52,710 nt of DNA. Source: a virus (taxonomy: Duplodnaviria > Caudoviricetes). A model generated the notes under the pieces. It did not search any database. It saw only the letters and a program-made list of their open reading frames with translations, and was not told where the DNA came from. Shown here piece by piece: positions 46,994 through 52,710 of this stretch; the stretch's first letter is position 1, and every line of letters begins with the position of its first letter. Location of the stretch: IMG/VR virus record IMGVR_UViG_3300030376_003573, positions 1 through 52,710 of that record; one strand, written 5' to 3'. Position numbers and translations under genes: made by a program.

Positions 46994-47299
46994 TTAGAAG
47001 GGCAGGTCAGACCCGTTTCCGTTCTTAGCCTGGGTGTTTCGGCGTTCTTGTGCTGCTTCGCTGTTCGGATCCCATACGCTGAGGCATGGCTTGCCCGACT
47101 TAGACATGAACAATCGGAATCGAATGTTACCACCCTGACCGTTCTCGTCACGCTTGGTAGCGTACTGGTCAATAGCGTCTTTCAACTCGTTGTCCTTGAG
47201 GCGAAAGCTCCACCCCATCAAATCACCGTTGTCATTGTAGCTAGGCTCGTCTGCCCAGCCTACGAGAACACTCTCGTACTTCTTGTTTTGATCACTCAT
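46994..47299 (-). CDS. putative single-stranded DNA-binding protein
   Basis: C-terminal DLPF tail; replication cluster context. Confidence 0.6.
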   Translation of the reverse strand: MSDQNKKYESVLVGWADEPSYNDNGDLMGWSFRLKDNELKDAIDQYATKRDENGQGGNIRFRLFMSKSGKPCLSVWDPNSEAAQERRNTQAKNGNGSDLPF

Positions 47300-47307
47300 C
47301 TTTTAAA

Positions 47308-47406
47308 TTAATTAAAAATTTCTACTATTAACATTGTCACACAGAAAGCCGCCGACATGTAGTACAATACACCTGCAACGGCCTCCCACACTTTCTTAAA
47401 CTTCAT
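47308..47406 (-). CDS. 32-aa hydrophobic membrane peptide (not in ORF track)
   Basis: MKFKKVWEAVAGVLYYMSAAFCVTMLIVEIFN fills the gap between genes. Confidence 0.5.
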   Translation of the reverse strand: MKFKKVWEAVAGVLYYMSAAFCVTMLIVEIFN

Positions 47407-48178
47407 ACTTTAAATAATCTTTTGTTGGGTCATAGTCTTCTCTCAAGAAGGTTCTGATCCTGTTTACTGCATCATTGAATTTCATTTCACCCACAAAGAT
47501 CGTCTCGTCGCTACACTTGACGAGAGCTGGAAGATACGGATAAGTCTTCTCCTGAACAACCCAATAGAAGTCTTTTATTCCAAACACCTTTGTGTATATG
47601 TACGCTTGGATATCGTAGGAGAAGTCCCTGACTGCATAGCGAAACTTCTCTGCGCTACGTGCTGACTTGCTGTCGCTGATGAATCCGTCACCTAAGCAGT
47701 CCAGGAATCCCTTTACTTGAATGCCATTCAGTTCTTCTAAAAAGCCTACCTGGTATTCACCAGCTAGATAGGTATCAAGCAAACCACACGTCGCTAATCT
47801 GTCGATCATATCGTTAGCCATCTGCCAGTCCTCGTGTGACACCAAGGCCATCCCCTTAAGCTGTGCTTGCTGTTCAAGGTCCGCCCTTACAGACTTGTAT
47901 TCGTTTGTAAGGTGTGGAGACTTAGAGGATTTAGTTTTAGAGCTACACTCGTTCAGTATTTTGTTCTTGTTGATTACGAAATACTTCTCCATTGCTTTTG
48001 TTCTCTCGAACAGCAGCATGTCGTACAGAGTGCCAAACTCTAGAGCATCAGACTTGTACTTAATCTCACCCTTCATGTATCTGTCGAACTGAGCCATATC
48101 TCCCAGTGCCTGTTTAACAGAGGAGTAAGAAAGGTGAGACTTATTGTACCTCTGTTTTAGTTGTTCGGGTATTGTCAT
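47396..48178 (-). CDS. RecE/exonuclease VIII-like PD-(D/E)xK exonuclease
   Basis: LSYSS, FGTL, KGFLD, DSKS, YDIQAYIY. Confidence 0.8.
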   Translation of the reverse strand: MTIPEQLKQRYNKSHLSYSSVKQALGDMAQFDRYMKGEIKYKSDALEFGTLYDMLLFERTKAMEKYFVINKNKILNECSSKTKSSKSPHLTNEYKSVRADLEQQAQLKGMALVSHEDWQMANDMIDRLATCGLLDTYLAGEYQVGFLEELNGIQVKGFLDCLGDGFISDSKSARSAEKFRYAVRDFSYDIQAYIYTKVFGIKDFYWVVQEKTYPYLPALVKCSDETIFVGEMKFNDAVNRIRTFLREDYDPTKDYLKYEV

Positions 48179-48468
48179 CATTCGTAAATTAAATTTCCCT
48201 CTCTGTCTTTGTACTCGTAAGTCTCTATCTCTGCCCAGTGTGTGGGCTCGCTAGGTGTGAGCCAGAAGCTCTTACCCTTGGAGTTGATAAAGAACTCAGC
48301 TATATCTATGTCACCTAAGAAGTCCTTGTGCTTGATGAAAAACAAGCCGTCAAACTCTGGGTTTGATTCTTTCGTTTCCACCCAAATCTTCTTTACTTTG
48401 AGTCTTAGCGCGGATGCTCTAAACTGTGAGTACTTCTTGTGATCAGTTCTTACTAACTCGATTCTCAT
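48178..48468 (-). CDS. hypothetical protein
   Basis: Coupled ORF. Confidence 0.55.
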   Translation of the reverse strand: MRIELVRTDHKKYSQFRASALRLKVKKIWVETKESNPEFDGLFFIKHKDFLGDIDIAEFFINSKGKSFWLTPSEPTHWAEIETYEYKDREGNLIYE

Positions 48469-48980
48469 CGAACAAACTTCTTGAGTCCAGCTACCTGCTT
48501 CTCGGTTAGGCTGTCCTTGTACTTGGACATGATGGACTCAAACGCTTTCTTCTTGTCCGTTTGCGACTTGACGTAAGCGACAGCCTTATCCATGATGTTT
48601 TCTACTGGCTCATCGCTTGTTTCTTGTTTGGCGATTGCATCTGAAACCTCATTGGCAGAAGCAATAGACGTTTCGATTCCGATTCCAAGCATAGCCAGGG
48701 CTCGCCCAATAGCGGATGTCTCGCAGTTCTCTACGTAGCTAGTCTTGTTGATGTTGCTACTGCCTTGGACTTCGTGTGCATGTCCAGTCGAAATGATCCG
48801 ATTGGATTCGTCAACGATAGCCGCCTTGCAGACACATTGTGCATCGTCCATCACAGTAAACTCCGTGATAAGGCTCCAGTTTTTGTACTGCTCTTCTTGT
48901 CGGAAGAACTTGATGCGTTCGTTGACCTCAACGTACTGCTTGCCACGAATGTTAGTGGTCTTGAATTTGTAATTGCTCAT
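48465..48980 (-). CDS. Rad52/Sak-like ssDNA annealing protein
   Basis: GKQYVEVNERI, GHAHE, ENCETSAIGRAL. Confidence 0.7.
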   Translation of the reverse strand: MSNYKFKTTNIRGKQYVEVNERIKFFRQEEQYKNWSLITEFTVMDDAQCVCKAAIVDESNRIISTGHAHEVQGSSNINKTSYVENCETSAIGRALAMLGIGIETSIASANEVSDAIAKQETSDEPVENIMDKAVAYVKSQTDKKKAFESIMSKYKDSLTEKQVAGLKKFVR

Positions 48981-49350
48981 TGTTTAACCTTTCACTTAAT
49001 TTTTCTGCTACATCTTGTAGCGATTCAATTTTATTGTTTACTCTCTGTATCGCCGTTTCAATTCGTTCTCTCCTTAGCCATGCATCACACATGGCTCTAG
49101 CTGTCTCGTATTTGTCTTTGTATCCTAGCCAGTGATCGAGGTTGCCTAGATGCTTTCTCTTGTGGTGAAGCACCGTAGCGTGGTTCATTTTGAATGACCT
49201 AGCCACTTCAACTATGGGCATCTCTTTACTCATAGCTACCATTAGGGCCGCTCTTGGCTGTACTATGTAGGCTAAGCGTCTTTTTGACCTGATGTCAACG
49301 TCTACCGCTTTAGAGTATTCGTCCATCACCTTGTCGATTCTTTCTTTCAT
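48952..49350 (-). CDS. DnaA C-terminal-like HTH protein
   Basis: PRA..M..VARSFKMNHATVLH. Confidence 0.65.
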   Translation of the reverse strand: MKERIDKVMDEYSKAVDVDIRSKRRLAYIVQPRAALMVAMSKEMPIVEVARSFKMNHATVLHHKRKHLGNLDHWLGYKDKYETARAMCDAWLRRERIETAIQRVNNKIESLQDVAEKLSERLNNEQLQIQDH

Positions 49351-49368
49351 GAATTAAATTTTATTCAC

Positions 49369-49399
49369 CAAAACTACAAAGGGATTGTTGATAATCAAA
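49369..49399 (-). promoter_or_regulatory. full Bacteroidota promoter TTTG-N19-TAGTTTTG driving the replication operon
   Basis: -33 TTTG at 49399-49396; -7 element at 49376-49369. Confidence 0.8.
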
Positions 49400-49483
49400 G
49401 AAAAAGAAGGACTTTGTTTCTCAAAGCTCTTTTACACAAGGCTTGTTACGGGATCTCCCCGCACACCATACGTCCCTCTCATG

Positions 49484-49804
49484 TCAGCGTTCTGACATAG
49501 ACTCTTCTTGTAGCTCGTGATGTATCAAGGCGTAGTGATACATGGATTCGGCGATGCCAATCGCTCCTTCAGCAAAGGTACGTTGCTTGTCCTCATCGGT
49601 GAATGGCTCACACATATAATCTTCTAAGACCTCTAGCCCTATGCTTACAAACTGATCAATGTGTCTGTGTATGGGCTTACTTAGCCATACCTCGATGTCA
49701 TCGTATATGATGTCATCCATGGCATACATAGCCGCTAGTTTCTCAGCCTTGTTTTCTGTTCGGTGTTTGTCCCGAATCATTTTGATTGCCGCTTCGTTCG
49801 TCAT
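49484..49804 (-). CDS. hypothetical early protein
   Basis: Coupled ORF. Confidence 0.6.
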   Translation of the reverse strand: MTNEAAIKMIRDKHRTENKAEKLAAMYAMDDIIYDDIEVWLSKPIHRHIDQFVSIGLEVLEDYMCEPFTDEDKQRTFAEGAIGIAESMYHYALIHHELQEESMSER

Positions 49805-50160
49805 TTGATTTTTACGTAGATGTTTCGTGGTGATTTGTCAAAGAACTTAAGCAGTGCTGGACACAGCCAGATCGGACCTTCGTTCTTCACGTTCTTCTCA
49901 GGGAAGTCAACCTTGTAGTACGTGCCGTCGTATCCGTCGTGTCCGTCCATCTTAAGCTGTACATCCCAGTTGGGGAGAGGAGTCTCAGCAAAGTAGAAAG
50001 CACACCTGTCGATGTACTCGTATTTGTCTCGTCCGCTCATGGCGTCGAGGAGAAGGTCAGCACCTTCCACGAAAGGTTCTTTGTCGAGTTCTCGTGACTC
50101 GTCGTCGAATACCCACGCTCCGTTGTGAACGTAGGAGTAGATGTAATTAATGTTGTTCAT
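49801..50160 (-). CDS. DUF6717-like hypothetical protein
   Basis: WVFDD...EPFVEGAD...WLCPALLKFF. Confidence 0.65.
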   Translation of the reverse strand: MNNINYIYSYVHNGAWVFDDESRELDKEPFVEGADLLLDAMSGRDKYEYIDRCAFYFAETPLPNWDVQLKMDGHDGYDGTYYKVDFPEKNVKNEGPIWLCPALLKFFDKSPRNIYVKIK

Positions 50161-50632
50161 TGCTTCTTGTGTTTAAATCGTTTGTTCTTTTGAATCGTTG
50201 CACATGTAGTAAGTGTGGTGGGTATTCAACAAGGTGTTCGTAGGTGTGCTCTGTTATAAAGCCGCACCATTTCAACTTGGGCCTTACGAATCTGTATCGC
50301 TCTTCAACGGTCATATCCTCAAGGGCGTTTTTGCGGTACAGGTTGGCGACTTTCTTGAGAATCTGAACCCTTTTTTCCAACGCACTTTTTAGATACGCCA
50401 ACGCCATCCCGTAGCAATCATCTTCGGTCCAGTCGGCAGGGTAGTGCAGCCAGTATCCATCCTCATCGCACACGTTGCTTGCATGGTCGCGCCACTTCTT
50501 GACATGCTCGAAGACGTCTTCGTACTTGCCGTGGTGGACGTTGTTTTGCACCTTTTCCAAGTCCTGCATCCGCCACCATTCCCAATCTGTTTCTCTCCCT
50601 TGGTCGGTGTCCCAATAATAGTTGACGCTCAT
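50147..50632 (-). CDS. hypothetical early protein
   Basis: Coupled ORF. Confidence 0.6.
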   Translation of the reverse strand: MSVNYYWDTDQGRETDWEWWRMQDLEKVQNNVHHGKYEDVFEHVKKWRDHASNVCDEDGYWLHYPADWTEDDCYGMALAYLKSALEKRVQILKKVANLYRKNALEDMTVEERYRFVRPKLKWCGFITEHTYEHLVEYPPHLLHVQRFKRTNDLNTRSNEQH

Positions 50633-50859
50633 TCTGGGAGGCTGTCAAAGTTTTTGCTTTCTAGATTCCTGTGTTCTGAGCGAAACTCATCATTGGTCAT
50701 GAGCGCGGCTCTTTTCAGCTCGTAATTCAACAGGTTTGCACATTGTCCAACTACTTTGGATACGGCTGAGGCTTGGTTCACGTTTATCTCCTCTCTATCC
50801 AATTGGTCGAGAGTCTTGCAAAGCACATGAAAAAGGCTTTTTGTGTTTACTGGTTGCAT
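50629..50859 (-). CDS. hypothetical early protein
   Basis: Coupled ORF. Confidence 0.6.
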   Translation of the reverse strand: MQPVNTKSLFHVLCKTLDQLDREEINVNQASAVSKVVGQCANLLNYELKRAALMTNDEFRSEHRNLESKNFDSLPE

Positions 50860-50880
50860 ATGTGTATGTGTTAATTAAAA

Positions 50881-51273
50881 TTATTCTTCGCATTCGTGGT
50901 TCTCCGTCACTACAAACAGGCTACGGTCTTGAGTCACCATCAAGCTGTACTCCTCGTTGCTCATGATATTGTCGTGCATGTCTACCCATTCAGGATTACG
51001 CCGTGGGTTGAACCTGACGTAGAAGTCATTTACATTGGGCTTGATTTTGTCATTTCTCGTAATTTGAAATTCCTCACATTCAACCCAAGCACACACAGTT
51101 TTGCATGCCCCTTCGTGAATCTTCTTTGACGTGCCTGTCTGAACCTTAAGCTTGGTGTTGAACATAGCTATCTGGTGTTCAGCTGGGTCTACGTATTGAA
51201 CATAGCCTGGCGCTTTTACCTGCCATTTCATAAAGTCGTCTCCTCGTCCGAGGTGGAATCTGATCTTGTACAT
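50881..51273 (-). CDS. hypothetical early protein (YKIRFHLGRG)
   Basis: ORF in the early cluster. Confidence 0.65.
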   Translation of the reverse strand: MYKIRFHLGRGDDFMKWQVKAPGYVQYVDPAEHQIAMFNTKLKVQTGTSKKIHEGACKTVCAWVECEEFQITRNDKIKPNVNDFYVRFNPRRNPEWVDMHDNIMSNEEYSLMVTQDRSLFVVTENHECEE

Positions 51274-51428
51274 GAGATTTTTGATTGATAATTAATTTTT
51301 ACTTGGTGGTATACGTGTTGCATCCACTCATTGAAGTCCTTTGCGGGGTTCTCGTTCGCGCTACTCTTCACACAGATGGTCGAGGTAGTCAATCCATTCG
51401 AGGCCGTAGATTTCTTGGAGTTGTTCAT
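51228..51428 (-). CDS. hypothetical early protein (PAKDFNEWM)
   Basis: ORF in the early cluster. Confidence 0.5.
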   Translation of the reverse strand: MNNSKKSTASNGLTTSTICVKSSANENPAKDFNEWMQHVYHQVKINYQSKISCTRSDSTSDEETTL

Positions 51429-51431
51429 GTG

Positions 51432-51665
51432 TCATGATTCTTGTTTTGCAGCTGATTGAAAATCAATCCATTGAAACAGCAGGTCGCTTGCTTGCTTCAA
51501 ATCCTTTCGCAGTTCAGGTGAGTCATTCTCCATGACTACGGGACACCATGAATCGAACTTGAGCTTCCGTGCTTGTTGGTCTATCTGCTCGATCGTTCGA
51601 GAGGCTATGTAGTCGCGTACTTCTTGCGGGAGTTGATACCCTATGTGTTGTTCAAACTTCGTCAT
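51432..51665 (-). CDS. hypothetical early protein
   Basis: ORF in the early cluster. Confidence 0.6.
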   Translation of the reverse strand: MTKFEQHIGYQLPQEVRDYIASRTIEQIDQQARKLKFDSWCPVVMENDSPELRKDLKQASDLLFQWIDFQSAAKQES

Positions 51666-51897
51666 TGTTCAGTTGTTTTTCGTTGTGGTTTATGGCGGTA
51701 AGCCGTAGTTCGTGCATCTCTTTGTAATCAAAAGCGTCCATTGGGTTGGATGTAGTGTTGTCGAATCGATTCCATGAGATAGCGTCAAACGTAAAGTCAT
51801 AGAGGTCTTCGTGGAGGGAGGTATCATGCACCTCAATCACTACGGATGCATCATCGGGGTATCCCGCCATCAGGTCAATTAGTTCTTTCTTTGTCAT
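51652..51897 (-). CDS. hypothetical early protein (MTKKELIDLMAGYPDDASV)
   Basis: Common small phage N-terminal pattern. Confidence 0.65.
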   Translation of the reverse strand: MTKKELIDLMAGYPDDASVVIEVHDTSLHEDLYDFTFDAISWNRFDNTTSNPMDAFDYKEMHELRLTAINHNEKQLNNDEV

Positions 51898-52154
51898 AGG
51901 TCAATGATTACACCCTTCTTTTCTAGGGCTTCGATTATGTGTGCAGGGAGTTCAAAGCATCCGTCGTACCCTGTAAGGGTCACGCTTCCGTCTGATTCGA
52001 AATCCACTTCGAGTTCACCCTCAGAATAGAAGCGTTCGCCACCTGTCTCTAAGTCGTAGGTTTCGTACCACCCGCCATGCTCTGGGTCAATGCCGATGGT
52101 CGTATCAATCTCCATGCCTGATATCGTGGATTTAAAGTCGTGTTTGAATTTCAT
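51894..52154 (-). CDS. hypothetical early protein
   Basis: Coupled ORF. Confidence 0.6.
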   Translation of the reverse strand: MKFKHDFKSTISGMEIDTTIGIDPEHGGWYETYDLETGGERFYSEGELEVDFESDGSVTLTGYDGCFELPAHIIEALEKKGVIIDL

Positions 52155-52303
52155 AGTCGTGGTATAAAGTGTTCGTCATTAGCCAAGATTCCTGCAATGT
52201 CATGCACGAGATCAATGGGGCGTATGTTCGTGTCAGTGTCGTTGGCTGTGTTAGCCACACGGTCTGCCCACTGACGTAGCAGTTTAAATTGTTCGTATGT
52301 CAT
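52151..52303 (-). CDS. 50-aa hypothetical protein (not in ORF track)
   Basis: MTYEQFKLLRQWADRVANTANDTDTNIRPIDLVHDIAGILANDEHFIPRL; ATGA overlaps on both sides. Confidence 0.65.
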   Translation of the reverse strand: MTYEQFKLLRQWADRVANTANDTDTNIRPIDLVHDIAGILANDEHFIPRL

Positions 52304-52512
52304 GTCATGTAAAGGATTTCAGATGAATTGTATCCAAGGCTTTCAAGGTATTCGTCCATGTCTTCGATTTCATCGAGGTCAGGTACGTCTATGATGTCTA
52401 TCTCTCGTGTGCTGTAGTGTAGGACGGCGACCTCGTTACCCTCAAGTACGATAGATTGGCATTTGACTGGTGTGCCCTTCGTGATTATTGATGATGGTGT
52501 GAGTACTTCCAT
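52300..52512 (-). CDS. hypothetical early protein
   Basis: Coupled ORF. Confidence 0.6.
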   Translation of the reverse strand: MEVLTPSSIITKGTPVKCQSIVLEGNEVAVLHYSTREIDIIDVPDLDEIEDMDEYLESLGYNSSEILYMT

Positions 52513-52627
52513 GTGTTAGAGTTTTGAGTTAATGCGTTCGGCTTTGTTTATCCCTTCTATCCACGCTTTCGCGCTCAGTGGTTCAGGTATAACTTAGCTG
52601 ACCTACCTGATTTCGTGGTCAGTACCA

Positions 52628-52710
52628 TTGTAGCGATAGCGGGAGTCGAACCCACTCTGAACCGTGTCCGCCCCTCTGCCGAGGTTATCGAAGGCTGTCT
52701 TTGAACGTTT
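52628..52710 (-). ncRNA. 3' part of a tRNA-like RNA (T-arm plus acceptor 3' strand), truncated by the window edge
   Basis: GTGGG-TTCGACT-CCCGC-TATCGCT-A-CAA. Confidence 0.45.

Noticed and set aside
49400-49483. Intergenic segment with CGTAACAAG resembling the 16S rRNA 3' region, plus a weak hairpin
   Set aside because: The match is too short; at most a weak terminator between early and replication operons
1-52710. Stop-codon reassignment as in some crAss-like phages
   Set aside because: Genes are long and tightly packed under the standard code; TAG and TGA both act as real stops; no suppressor tRNA is seen
1-52710. CRISPR array, integrase/att site or IS element
   Set aside because: No regularly spaced repeats and no recombinase or transposase motifs were seen

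Overview
The whole window is part of one tailed dsDNA phage genome. It is most likely a podovirus with Crassvirales-like gene content, inferred from the terminase, portal, capsid and tail-stabiliser layout, and it probably infects an aquatic Bacteroidota host. The host call rests on more than 10 intergenic Bacteroidota housekeeping promoters (TAnnTTTG, the -7 element), few obvious Shine-Dalgarno sites, Gln+1 signal peptides and a VirE_N primase domain. The + strand (~0.5-43.7 kb) carries late functions: M15 endolysin, lectin-like proteins, a double GroES, HNH, tRNA-Arg(UCU), terminase, portal, fibre, a secreted M43 protease, scaffold, major capsid, tail ring and stabiliser proteins, ejected cargo proteins and a holin. 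The - strand (43.7-52.7 kb) carries replication and recombination genes (nucleases, primase-helicase, SSB, RecE-like exonuclease, Rad52-like annealase) and small early ORFs. No DNA polymerase, RNA polymerase, integrase or CRISPR array is visible, and the genetic code is standard. The most notable observations are: (1) dockerin/EF-hand-like repeats shared by a split tail-stabiliser protein, a secreted metalloprotease and a small basic protein; (2) five late genes whose ATG lies exactly 4 nt after the -7 element, suggesting leaderless mRNAs; (3) a shared aromatic-x-x-GG motif in unrelated putative internal virion proteins; (4) interlocked divergent promoters at a wHTH gene; (5) a truncated tRNA-like RNA at the right edge. 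All product calls come from motif recognition by eye; no database searches were run.
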